A stretch of 64,000 bases of DNA from Squalus acanthias (GCA_030390025.1 JASTWF010000328.1:1-64000); one strand, 5' to 3'. Shown: positions 1 to 11,830, counted from the stretch's first letter. Notes: generated by a model not told the origin, from the letters alone. A program made the numbers and translations.

Positions 1-325
1 GAAAACCAAGCTGAATGTAGAAAGTACAGAGGAGATATAAAAAGGGAATAAGAGGGGCAAAGAGAGAGTCTGAGAATAGATTAGCGGCTAACATAAAAGG
101 GAACCCAAAAGTCTTTTATAAACACATAAATAGTAAAAGGGTAGTCAAAGGAAGGCTGGGGCCGATTCGGGACCAAAAACAACATCTTGTGGAGGCAGAG
201 GGCAAAGCTGAGATACTAAATGAGTACTTTACTTCAGTCTTCACAAGAGAAGAGGATGCTGCCAATGTAGCAGTAAAGGAGGAGGCAGTAGTAATATTGC
301 ATAGGATAAAAATAGATGAAGAGGA
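1..325 (+). mobile_element. CR1 LINE ORF2 fragment (linker upstream of RT)
   Basis: Decayed CR1 ORF2-like coding (...AEILNEYFTSVFTREE...). Similar to the minus-strand copies at ~28.9-29.3 kb and ~51.9-52.2 kb. Confidence 0.75.
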
Positions 326-329
326 TGGA

Positions 330-2277
330 CAAGGTTGGGGGACTTTAATCTTCATATAGACTGGACATATCAAATTGGCAAAGGTAGTCTGGAGGACGAG
401 TTCATGGAATGCATTCGGGACAGTTTCCGAGAACAATATGTCATGGAACCAACCAGGGAACAGGCTGTTTTAGATCTTGTATTGTGTAAAGAGGCAGAGT
501 TAATTAGCAATCTCATAGTAAAGGATCCTCTGGGGCCGAGTGATCATAGCAGAAATGTTAAACAAATATTTTGTATCTGTCTTCACAGTAGAAGACACAA
601 AAAATATACCAAAAATGGTGGGGAACCAAGGGTCTAATAGGGGTGGGGAACTTAACGTAATTAATATAAGTAGACAAAAAGTACTTGAGAAACTAATGGG
701 ACTAAAAGCCGACAAACCCCCTGGATCTGACGGCCTACATCCTAGGGTTCTAAAAGAGGTGGCTGAAGAGATAGTGGATGCATTGGTTTTGATCTTCCAA
801 AATTCCCTAGATTCTGGAATGGTCCCAGCGGATTGGAAGGTCGCAAATGTAACACCGCTATTCAAGAAAGGAGGGAGGGAAAAAACAGGGAACTACAGGC
901 CAGTTAGCCTGACATCAGTCATCAGGAAAATGCTGGAATCCATTGTTAAGGAAGTGGTATCAAGTCACTTCGAAAATCATAACATGATTAGGCAGAGTCA
1001 ACATGGTTTTATGAAAGGGAAATCGTGTTTGACAAATTTATGAGTTTTTTGAGGATGTAGCTAGCAGGGTAGATAAAAGGGAGTCAGTGGATGTAGTCTA
1101 TTTGGATTTCCAAAAGGCATTCGATAAGGTTATTACACAAGATTAGGGCTCATGGGGTTGGGTGTAATATAGTAGCATGGATAGAGGTTGGTTAACGGAC
1201 AGAAAACAGAGAGTAGGGATAAACAGATCTTTTTCAGGTTGGCAGGCTGTAACTAGTGGGGTGCCGCAAGGATCAGTATTGGGGCCTCAGCTATTTACAA
1301 TCAAAATTAATGACCTAGATGAAGGGACCGAGTGTAATGTAGCCAAGTTTGCTGATGATACAAAGCTAGGTGGGACAGTAAGCTGTGAGGAGAACACAAA
1401 GAGCCTGCAAAGGGATATAGATAGACTAAGTGAGTGGGCAGTAAGGTGGCAGATGGAGTATAATGTAGGGAAATGTGAGGTTATTCACTTTGGTAGGAAG
1501 AATAGAAAAACAATATTTTTTAAATGGTGAGAAACTTTCAAATGTTGGTGTTCAGAGAGATTTGGGTGTCCTCGTGCAAGAAACACAGAAAGCTAGCATG
1601 CAGGTACAGCAAGCAATAAGGAAGGCAAATGGCATGTTGGCCTTTATTGCAAGGGGGTTGGAGTCTAAGAGTAAGGAAGTCTTGCTACAATTGTACAGGG
1701 CCTTGGTGAGACCACACCTGGAGGACTGTGCACAGTTTTGGTCTCCTTATCTAAGGAAGGATATACTTGCCTTGGAGGCGGTGCAACGAAGGTTCACTAG
1801 ATTGATTCCTGGGATGAGAGGGCTGTCCTATGATGAGAGATTGTGTAGAATGGGCCTATACTCTCTGGAGTTTAGAAGAATGAGAGGTGATCTCATTGAC
1901 ACATATGAGATTCTGAGGGGGATTGACAGGGTAGATGCTGAGAGGTTGTTTCCCCTGGCTGGAGTGTCTAGAACTAGGGGGCATAGTCTCAGGATAAGGG
2001 GTCGGCCATTTAAGACTGAGATGAGGAGGAATTTCTTCACTGAGGGTTGTGAATCTTTGGAATTCTCTGCCCCAAAGGGCTGTGAATGCTGAGTCTTTGA
2101 GTATATTCAAGGCTGAGATCGATAGATTTTTGGACTCATGGGGAATCAAGGGATATGGAGATTGGGTGGGAAAGTGGAGTTGAGGTCGATGATCAGCCAT
2201 GATCTTATTGAATGGCGGAGCAGGCTCGAGGGGCCCTATGGCCCACTCCTGCTCTTATTTCTTATTTCTTATGTTCT
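330..2277 (+). mobile_element. CR1 LINE, internally deleted and frameshifted ORF2 plus 3' UTR
   Basis: ORFs with GDFNLH (APE endonuclease), [19 protein letters not shown] and FADDTK (RT). 3' UTR ends in a ttcttatg-type tail. Confidence 0.92.
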
Positions 2278-2363
2278 TCTCTGCTGGGTTTTGGCAGGAA
2301 TCGAAGAAAAAACAGCTGGAAATTCCCTGATCTGTGATTTACAAGGACACTTTCCCTGGTGCA

Positions 2364-2940
2364 TAAGAACATAAGAATTAGGAGCAGGAGTCGGCCATTC
2401 GGCCCCTCGAGCCTGCTCCGCCATTCAATAAGATCATGGCTGATCATCGACCTCAACTCCACTTTCCTGACCGCTCCCCATAACCCTTGATTCCCCTGTT
2501 TTTCAAAAATCTGTCTATCTCCACCTTCAATGACTCAGCCTCCACAGCTCTCTGGGGTAGAGAATTCCAAAGATTCACGACCCTCAGAGAAGAAATTCCT
2601 CCTCATCTCCGTTTTAAGTGGGTGACCCCTTATTCTGAAATTATGCCCCCTAGTTCTAGATTCCCCCACGAGGGGAAACATCCTCTCTGCATCTACCCTG
2701 TCGAGCCCCCCTCAGAATCTTATATGTTTCAATAAGATCACCTCATTCTTCTAAACTCCACTGAGTATAGGCCCAACCTGCTCAACCTTTCCTCATAAGA
2801 CAACCCCTTCAACTCAGGAATCAACCTAGTGAAGCTTCTCTGAACTGCATCCAATGCAAGTATATCATTCCTTAAATAAGGAGAGCAAAACTGTCCGCAT
2901 TACTCCAGGTGTGGTCTCACCAACGCCCTGTACAGTTGTT
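2364..2940 (-). mobile_element. CR1 LINE 3' fragment
   Basis: Reverse complement of the CR1 tail (ataagaacataagaa) and ORF2 C-terminus. Lies tail-to-tail with the previous element. Confidence 0.9.
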
Positions 2941-3339
2941 CCCAGCAGTTACTTTTCTTCAGTACTGTTCTCATTATCACTAAACTACCCTGCCTGCTGT
3001 TAATTTTGTTATTTCTTGTAGTTTCACAATTATAGGTGTAAACATCACACATTATAATATAATCTATTCTATTACTCACTCTGGTTTAAGCTTATATTGT
3101 GGTTAATAACAGACAAACCCTGTTCTTTCCCCTGATCTGATTACAGATTCCAACCAGTCAATTCAGTGAATGGAATGTCTTATCAGTGTTGCCATGGTGA
3201 CCTGTCTGCAGTGAAATGCCTGTTTGAGTTTCTAACTCAGACTAAACTTCTCTTTCCCATAATACACATTATATCAGACATTTGATCTCAATGTATTTTA
3301 GCCATGTTATGTTAATATCGTTTAAATCTACAGGGAGAT

Positions 3340-3797
3340 CAGATACACAAATCTTTAAAAGTTGGAGGACAAGTTTATAAAGTGGTTTAAAAATGTTACC
3401 CGAGGTTTTTTATAAATGGGGCGTAGAAAACAAAACCATCGGTTCGGCTGCAGTTAGAATAAGTTTTGGGAATCTTACACTAGGAAGGATGTCGGGGCCA
3501 CAGAGAGGCTGCAGAATAAATTCACTGAGGTTATACCACGGATGAGAGGCTTTAGTTATCAGAGAATGATACAGCACAAAAGGTGGCCATTCGGCCCATC
3601 ATGCTTGTGCCAGCTCTTTGGGAGAGCTATCCAATTAGTCCCACTCCCTGCTCTTTCCCCATATCCCGGTAAATGTTTTCCCTTCAAATATTTATCCAAT
3701 TCTCTTTTGAAAGTTACTCTTGAATCTGCTTCCTCCACCCTTTCAGGCAGTGCATTTCAGATCATCATAACTCGCTGGGTAAAGAAATGTTTCCTCA
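3340..3797. mobile_element. Decayed CR1 fragments (plus-strand ORF2 piece and minus-strand 3' end)
   Basis: Weak similarity to the CR1 C-terminal coding region and to the 3' UTR motif ggccattcggccc. Confidence 0.55.
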
Positions 3798-5548
3798 TGA
3801 TGACCTGTCTGCAGTGAAGCGCCTGTTTGAGTTTCTAACTGAGGCGAACTTCTCTTTCCCAGGAGGAGAGACGAGAGAAACTGGGGCACTTCTCATTAGA
3901 ACAAAGCAGGGTGAGAGGAGATGTGAGCGAGGTGTTTAAACTTGATCAACGACACCGACCAAAATATCAGAGACACTCCCTGTCCTTCAGGACCTGTGTC
4001 CAGGGGAGAAGCTGATGGGTTTATCAGATCATCTTTGGGTTAAATGTTGTGCTCGTGGAGCTGAGCCCCTAGTGTCAGCATCAAACACTCTCCAGTCGGG
4101 TACAGCACGGGTTAGATACAGAGTAAACCCATCAGCCGCTCCCCGACACAGATACCGAGGGACAGGGAGTGTCCGGACAATGACATTTCTCATTCAATAA
4201 GGTATAAATTGATCCTGTACCTCTCCCCATTAATCCTGGGCTCCACACGGGGCGAATCCTGCTCCTGTTTCCCTTCCTGTAACAGCACTGAGCTAAACCC
4301 AGCCCATAATGAGCAGGGCTCAGGGAGGTTGGTTGCTAGGTGCTGCAGTGATGTCATAAAGCAGGGCCATTCAGCCCAGCTGGTCGTCTCCTTGTCCCTT
4401 TAAAGGTGGAGAGCCGGGACACCCTGTCTCCAAACACATCCCACCTGTTCATACTGAGAATCCCCGGGGAAGGCCCAAGGCCCAGAGTGTGGAACACAAC
4501 CAAGGGGGAAAGAGGAGGAGAGAAGGGGAGGTAAATCAAGGAGGCGGGACTGAGGGACACCAAGCTTCAGTTTTAGAGCCTGTAGACTTCAGGAGGAGAA
4601 GAGTGAGTTCAGTAGTTTTAGGATCCAGGGAGAGAACAAGGAGCAGATGGGGAGACTGGTGTGGATTCCAGCACAGTGAGGATGTAGGGGGAGGGAGATT
4701 GTGTCGGGCCGTGTATTAGGGGTGTAGGAGGGACAAGAGAGGAAAGGTCAGAGGAGCAATTACTGCAGCAGTGCCCATAAATAGTGAGAGAGAGAGAAGG
4801 TGGGGGTTCGAGTGGACCAGGGACAGTCTGTTAAACTCGCTGTTTGCTGTGACCAGTTTTCTTTCGGTTAAAAATGTCCTCCTGTAGCCCAGTGACACAA
4901 ACAGCCCATTAAACTCCACCAATGGCCTTTGGTCTGGTGAGGTCTCCCTTTGTGAAACATCGGCTGTTGTTAAAGCTTTTCATTCTGACACGCTCACACT
5001 GAGAAATGAGCTGCAGAACTGCCGACACCGTCAGCTTTAAGGAGACGTTTCCCTTTGGAGATCGGATTGCCCATTGAGTTTGATTAAACTGATGTTAAAG
5101 TAACAAGGCTGCTTTGCCCCGTGACAATAACAGATTATCGGAATATTTCCCATAGGTTAAAATCCAATATGACAGGGACTCACTGCCCTGGATGGTTGAA
5201 GTGGACCCTGTGATATATAATAGAATTTTCTGTCCTGTCAGACTTGGACATCTTGTAGATCCATCTTATAGAAAGTTGTGGGAAATCAGTTCTCAGATGG
5301 ATTCCACTCAGTTTGTAACAAGTCCTCAATCAGCTCATTTTATTGTCGAGATATCAAGGACTCGACACACTGCGTGTGTGGGAAACAAAGCTCATTTATT
5401 TGACATTGATACAGATTAAACTCCAGCCCAGTTATAGGGGTTACTAACATCAGCTGAAACAAACCCCAATTGTCAGAATAAACATGGTTCAGTCCTGGAT
5501 GTGATTAACAGCAGCAATAACAGCAGAATCCAACCCCTACAGTCACTT

Positions 5549-6661
5549 GTGAACTCACTGGTGTGTCCGCAGGTTGGACGACTGAGTGAATCCCTTCCCA
5601 CACTCGGGGCAGGTGAACGGCCTCTCCCCAGTGTGAATTCGCTGGTGTGTCAGCAGATCCTTTGTGCTTTTAAAGCTCTTCTCACACTCAGAACATTTAA
5701 AAGGTCTCTTATTAGTGTGAACAAGTTGGTGTGTCCGGAAGTTGGATGACTGAGTGAATCTCATCCCACACACAGAGCAGGTGAACGGCCTCTCCCCTGT
5801 GTGAACTCGCTGATGTGTCAACAGGTTGGATGAACGAGTGACTCTCTTCCCACATACGGAGCAAGTGAACGACCTCTCCCCGGGACCGGTGAGCTCGCTG
5901 GTGTGTCAGCAGGTTGGATGAATGAGTGAATCCCTTCCCACATACGGAGCAAGTGAACGACCTCTCCCTGGTGTGAACTCGCTGGTGTTTCAGTAGGTTG
6001 GATGAGTGGGCAAATGTCTTTGCACAGTGAGAGCACCTGAACGGTGTCTCGTCACTGTGAACTCGCTGGTGTGTCAGCAAGTGGTTGGATTCAGAAAATC
6101 CCTTCCCACACAATGAGCAGCTGAATGGCCTCTCCCCAGTGTGAATTTGCTGGTGTTTCAGCAGGTTTGATGATTCTTTGAAAGTCTTCACGCAGTGAGA
6201 GCAACTGAACGGCCTCTCCCCGGTGTGACTGCGTCGATGAGTTTCCAGCTGGGACGGGTAATTGAATCCCTTCCCACAGTCCCCACATTTCCACGGTTTC
6301 TCCGTGGTGCGGGTGTCCTTGTGTCTCTCCAGCTTGGACGATCAGTTGAAGCCTCGTCCACACACAGAACACGTGTATGGTTTCTTCCTGCAGTGAATGA
6401 TGCGACTTTTTTCAGGCTGTGTAACTGGTTAAAGCTCTTTCCACAGTCAGTGCACTGGAACACTCTCACTCGGGTGTGTGTGTCTCAGTGCTTTTCCAGT
6501 CAAACTGATGTCTGAAATCTTTTACCACAGATAAACATTTCTCCTTCCACATTCAAAGGCCGATGATATTCAGGTCCTGATGAATGGAGTGACTCTGTCA
6601 GATCTTGACGTGATGTTTGGTTTGAGTTTGCGGTGTGTAAATGCTGCCCTTCTCACAGCCT
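5549..6661 (-). pseudogene. C2H2 zinc-finger locus A, disrupted (about 9 fingers after the KPWKC start region)
   Basis: HTGERPF-linked fingers split across ORFs 5712-6191 and 5555-5821 (frameshift ~5890). TGA in the last finger. ACG at the family start site. Family acceptor ctccttttacag and family 3' UTR present. Confidence 0.88.
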
Positions 6662-6726
6662 GTAAAAGGAGTTTGCAAAAGTCATCATTGCAAAGCAAGG
6701 ATAGAAAATCGCAACAGACAATTCTA

Positions 6727-6947
6727 GGTGCTGACACTGGTTGGGTTCAGTTCTACACTCACTGGTTCCTCTCCCTCTCCTCCCCTAAAGGTGCTGACTC
6801 TGGCTGGGTTCAGTTCTACACTCACTGGTTCCACTCCCTCTCCTCCCCTGAAGGTGCTGACTCTGGCTGGGTTCAGTTCTACACTCACTGGTTCCCCTCC
6901 CCAGAAGGTGCTGACTCTGGCTGGGTTCAGTTCTACACTCACTGGTT
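6727..6947. repeat. 63-bp ZNF-associated minisatellite, about 4 copies
   Basis: Unit ctgaaggtgctgactctggctgggttcagttctacactcactggttcccctccctctcctccc. Confidence 0.92.
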
Positions 6948-6948
6948 C

Positions 6949-7530
6949 ATAAGAACATAAGAAATAGGAGCAGGAGTGGGCCTCATCTCAGTCTGACCCC
7001 TTATTCTGAGACTGTGATCCCTGGTTCTGGACTCCCCAGCCAGGGGAAACATCCTCCCTGCATCTACCCTGTCAAGCCCTGTAAGAATTTTGTATGTTTC
7101 AATGAGATCACCTTTCATTCTTCTAAACTCCAGAGAATATAGGCCCATTCTACTCAATTTCTCCTCATAGGACAAACCCCCCATCCCAGGAACCAGTCTG
7201 GTGAACCTTCGTTGCACTCCCTCTCTGGCAAGTATATCCTTCCTTAGGTAAGGAGGCCAAAACTGTACACAATACTCCAGGTGTGGTCTCACCAGGGCCC
7301 TATATAATAGCAGTAAGACGTCTTTACTCTAATACTCAAATCCTCTTGTAATAAAGGCCAACATACCATTTGCTTTCCTAATTGCTTGCTGTACCTGCAT
7401 GTTAACTTTCAGTGATTCGTGTACAAGGACACCCAGGTCCCTCTGAACACCAACATTTCCCAATCTCTCACCATTTAAAAAACTTGGACATATTACATAC
7501 TCAAATCCTCTTGTAATAAAGGCCCACCTT
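6949..7530 (-). mobile_element. CR1 LINE 3' fragment in the putative intron of ZNF A
   Basis: ORF RPHLEYCVQFWPPYLRKD...; tail at 6949; internal deletion of the 3' UTR. Confidence 0.9.
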
Positions 7531-7744
7531 TCGTGAAGTGCTCCGGGCACTTTATTAAACACACACACAGCAGAAGCACATTAATCCGATGGGAGATCAC
7601 TGACACACGAGCAGGCAGCGGTGTGGAGCCTCCTGAGAGTCCGGCCCCTTTACAACCAGTATTTGCAGGAGCTGGGACACAGAAAAAAGTCTAATTAAAA
7701 TTACGGATATATTTGTTCACACAAACCAACCCCCAAAATACTGA

Positions 7745-8012
7745 GTCATTTCTCCTCCATTTACAGACGCTCCCTGACCAGTCACCATTTCTCCTCCATT
7801 TACAGACGCTCCCTGACCAGTCACCATTTCTCCTCTATTTACAGACGCTCCCTGACCAGTCACCAGTTCTCCTCCATTTACAGACGCTCCCTGACCAGTC
7901 ACCATTTCTCCTCCATTGACAGATGCTCCCTGACCAGTCACCATTACTCTTTCATTTGCAGACGCCCCCTGACCAGTCACCATTTCTCCTCCATTTACAG
8001 ACGCTCCCTGAC
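7745..8012. repeat. 39-bp minisatellite, about 7 copies
   Basis: Unit gtcaccatttctcctccatttacagacgctccctgacca. A single copy sits at the paralogous position ~47600. Confidence 0.92.
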
Positions 8013-8110
8013 TCACTTCCTGTCTGTCCCGGAGTTTGGCGCTTTGTTGAGATTCAGGCCAGAGCGAAACGGGAACCCGCGGGTGGAGGCGGATAATGTT
8101 CACTGATCTC

Positions 8111-8511
8111 ATAATGGGGCCTGGGGCCGCACTCGGGGTGTGTGCAGCCCGCGTCCCCCCGGGGTTTATTAACCCGCTCCCTGAGCTCTCTCACCTGATG
8201 TGTCAGCGGCTGCTGCCAAGGTCCGCGCATGCTCAGCTCACCTTCTGTTGTAACAGGTTTAAAGGTCAAGCCCCGCCCCTCTCACACTCCGATTGGTTGG
8301 AGGACCCGCCGCCCCCTCGGTCCTCCAGGCCCGCCCCGCTCTTCCTATTGGTCCGAGCTCCCGTCAATCACCCGGGCAGTGTGAGCTGAGCATGCGCGGA
8401 CCTTGGCAGCAGCCGCTGACACATCAGGTGAGAGAGCTCAGGGAGCGGGTTAATAAACCCCGGGGGGACGCGGGCTGCACACACCCCGAGTGCGGCCCCA
8501 GGCCCCATTAT
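8111..8511. promoter_or_regulatory. Putative bidirectional promoter for ZNF A(-)/B(+): 131-bp perfect inverted repeats around a 139-bp core
   Basis: 8111-8241 is the exact reverse complement of 8381-8511. Core has inverted CCAAT boxes (gattgg, tattgg), GC boxes and gtcaatca. Each arm has an NRF1-like gcatgcgc, an ATG and a cag|gtgaga donor. Confidence 0.8.
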
Positions 8512-8781
8512 TAAAACACTCAACATTATCCGCTTCACAAACACCCGGGGTGGGCCTCAGGCCCCGAACAACAGCCTCCGGGCCGGGCGTTTGCCCCGAG
8601 CGGGGCGGCAGCTGCGGGGCTTTCTCCCGGTGACAGGCCCGGGTTAACGGCCGCCATCTTGACAGGCTCAGGGGGCAGCAGGGCGCATGCGCGGCCCCCT
8701 TGGCCAGGAACCAGGAGGAGAGAATCTTGGCAATTTCTATCCTGGACTCACAGTCATGGCTTTTGGAAACTCCTTTTACAG

Positions 8782-9890
8782 GCTGTGAGAAGGGCAGCAT
8801 TTACACACCGCAAACTCACACCAAACATCACATCAAGATCTGACAGAGTCACTCCATTCATCAGGACCCGAATATCATCGGCCTCTGAATGTGGAAGGAG
8901 AAATGTTTGTCTGTTCTGTCTGTGGGAAAAGATTTCAAACATCAGTGTGACTGGAAAAGCACCGAGACACACACACCCGAGTGAGAGTGTTCCAGTGCAC
9001 TGACTGTGGAAAGAGCCTTAACCAGTTACACAGCCTGAAAAAACATCGCACCGTTCACAGCGGGGAGAAACCGTACACGTGTTCTGTGTGTGGACGAGGC
9101 TTCAACTGATCGTCCAACCTGGAGAGTCACAATGAATCCCGCACCATGGAAAAACCGTGGAAATGTGGGGACTATGGGAAGGGATTCAGTTCCCCATCGA
9201 AGCTGGAAACTCATCGACACAGTCACATTTACCTGCTCCGTGTGTGGGAAGGGATTCACTCATTCATCCAACCTTCTGAGACACCAGCGAGTTCACACTG
9301 GGGAGAGGCCATTCACCTACTCCGTGTGTGGGAAGAGATTCACTCAGAGATCCAGCTTGCTGATCCACCAGCGAGTTCACACTGGGGAGAGGCCGTTCAC
9401 CTGCTTCATGTGTGGGAAGGGATTCACTCGTTCATCTGAGCTTGTGAAACACCAGCACATTCACACACGAGAGAGGCTGTTCACCTGCTCCGTGTGTAAG
9501 AAAGGATTCACTTGTTCATTCGAGCTTTTGAGACATCAACGCATTCACACTGGAGAGAGGCCATTCACCTGCTCCACGTGTGGGAAGGGATTTAATCGAC
9601 CATCCAAACTTCTGACACACCAGTGCATTCACACTGGAGAGAGGCCGTTCACCTGTTCCGTGTGTGGGAAGGGATTCACTAATTCATCTGATGTTCTGAC
9701 AGACCAGCGAGTTCACACTGGGGAGAGACCGTTCACCTGCTCCATGTGTGGGAAGGGATTCACTTGTTCATCCAGCCTGCTGACACACCAGCGAGTTCAC
9801 ACTGGGGAGAGGGCGTTCACCTGCTCCGTGTGTGGGAAGGGATTCACTCAATCATCCCACCTGCTGAGACACCAGCGAGTTCACAAGTGA
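8782..9890 (+). pseudogene. C2H2 zinc-finger locus B, frameshifted (about 9 fingers)
   Basis: Acceptor ttttacag ends at 8781. TGAs at 8786, 8948 and 9107. Kozak ATG at 9146 (MEKPWKC). A 14-nt linker deletion at ~9226 shifts the frame. Ends HQRVHK*. AATAAA at ~10035. Confidence 0.85.
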
Positions 9891-10890
9891 CAGCAGGGGT
9901 TGGATTCTGCTGTTATTGCTGCTGTTAATCACATCCAGGACTGAACCATGTTCATTCTGACAGTTGGGGTTTATTTCTGCTGAAGTTAATGACCCTATAA
10001 CTGGGCTGGAGTTTAATATTCTGGATATATGTCAAATAAATCAGCTTTGTGTTAAACACATTGTTGTAGATTTTCATCTTTCCCACCTGAGTGTTTAGCA
10101 TCACCTGGCTGGAGCTCAGAAAGGACAATCTGGGGGAGGATCGTACGGCGGGAACAGAACTTCAGCCTGGACACAGTCCTTCAGGGCCACACTGAGAGGG
10201 GCAAACGGCACTTTGGTCTTTCTCGTCTCTTCACTGACAGCAAAGTCCCCGTGTGGGTTAATCTCGAGGCCTGTGAGAAATGTGTCCCAGCCACTCTCTT
10301 CCATGGTTCAGAGCTTCTAGGCACGGAACAGAAGGGTCCTTTACAACTGTGTTTAGAGTCAGGAAGAACAACGGTGAATGCTGGAAACGTGCTGTCAAAT
10401 CAGAGATTGGTGTCAAACTGCGATCTGTTCCTGACTGAAAGTGAAACAGGTTTAAGTTTCCAGTCTAAAGATGACTGTGGTAATTATTCCACAAAGATTT
10501 AACGTGTTTGTCTGACAGTCCTGAGTCTACCATTTTAAGGCAGGTGTTAACCCATTTAAAATAAACCCGTTTAAAATAAATTGGTTGAAGTCTGCATTAA
10601 AATAGCAGACGGAGGAGTTCACAGGAGCCTGTTAACTGCTGGTACAATTATACAACAGACATTTGATCTCCAGATAAAGAAGGACCTGCAGCGTGTTTCC
10701 AGGAACTCCCTGTTTTATTGATGTGTGTGTGTTAGACACCAGGATAACTAAAAACCCGGAACATCCACGGGGTGCAATCCCGACAGTTACTCTGGGATCA
10801 CTCCCGCTGTGGAACTCCAGCACTGACCCTGCTGAAGGTTGTAGGCTCAGGGAGTGGGGCCTCCAGGAGTGGATGGTAAGAAAGCTGGGT
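9890..10890 (+). repeat. Duplicated ZNF 3' UTR and downstream block
   Basis: Highly similar to 40007-41000 and, for the first ~330 bp, to the reverse complement of 60675-60998. Confidence 0.85.
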
Positions 10891-11242
10891 TTTATTAGAA
10901 GATAAGATCTAATATGAAATAGAGTCATAAAAGTAAAGTCTTGCTTTGTTTTATATACATGTATGTTTAATATTAGTGGACTTTGTATTAAAGAGCCGTG
11001 TCTAGTGAACTATTATCTTGTAATCACCTCAGACAGAACAGGCTCTAATTATCCCTTTTAAGCTGAAACAGACCTCGTGTGAACAGAACCAGCAGAGCTG
11101 AGAACTCTGCCTGTGTGGACTGAGCGGAACCGTGAAGGCCATTTGTTTCTTGAAATGCCCCAGTAAAAGCAAACTCTGACATTGTTCTGACTCGCAGATT
11201 CCTCGTAGCTCCAATGAACAGGAAGCGGTTACTCACTCAGGA

Positions 11243-11830
11243 GTAGATTGGTGTCAGTGACTGTGGGGTTGGTTTATATCAGACAGGAGGAGATTGGTGT
11301 CAGTGACTGTGGGATTGGTTTATATCAGACAGGAGGAGATTGGTGTCAGTGACTGTGGGGCTGGTTTATATCAGACAGGAGATTGCTGTCAGGGACTGTG
11401 ACCCCACAATCACTGACACCAATCTCCTCCTGTCTGATATAAACCAACCCCACAGTCACTGACACCAATCTCCTCCTGTCTGATATAAACCAACCCCACA
11501 GTCACTGACACCAATCTCCTCCTGTCTGATATAAACCAGCCCCACAGTCACTGACACCAATCTCCTCCTGTCTGACATAAACCAACCCCACAGTCACTGA
11601 CACCAATCTCCTCCTGTCTGATATAAACCAACCCCACAGTCACTGACACCAATCTCCTCCTGTCTGATATAAACCAGCCCCACAGTCACTGACACCAATC
11701 TCCTCCTGTCTGATATAAACCAGCCCCACAGTCACTGACACCAATCTCCTCCTGTCTGATATAAACTAACCCCACAGTCACTGACACCAATCTCCTCCTG
11801 TCTGATATAAACCAACCCCACAGTCACTGA
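11243..11830. repeat. 46-bp minisatellite with an internal orientation switch
   Basis: About 3.5 copies of agattggtgtcagtgactgtggggttggtttatatcagacaggagg, then about 9 copies of its reverse complement from ~11402. Confidence 0.93.

Noticed and set aside
590..1587. Similarity to 63000-64000 as terminal repeats of one giant element
   Set aside because: Both are RT regions of the same abundant CR1 subfamily, with different indels and unrelated left flanks.
5501..5749. Antisense and shifted-frame ORFs over finger arrays (also at 14334, 24118-25155, 39804, 49485)
   Set aside because: They are expected shadows of the repetitive 84-bp finger codon pattern.
8111..8511. MITE or DNA transposon with 131-bp TIRs
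   Set aside because: No clear TSD. Arms occur singly or truncated elsewhere (61950-62080, 47990-48041) and carry exon and donor features. Not fully excluded.
9890..10040. Shared ZNF 3' UTR as a SECIS element explaining the TGAs
   Set aside because: I could not find a conserved AUGA/GA quartet with an apical AA by eye, and the TGAs align to non-Cys positions. A SECISearch run would be decisive.
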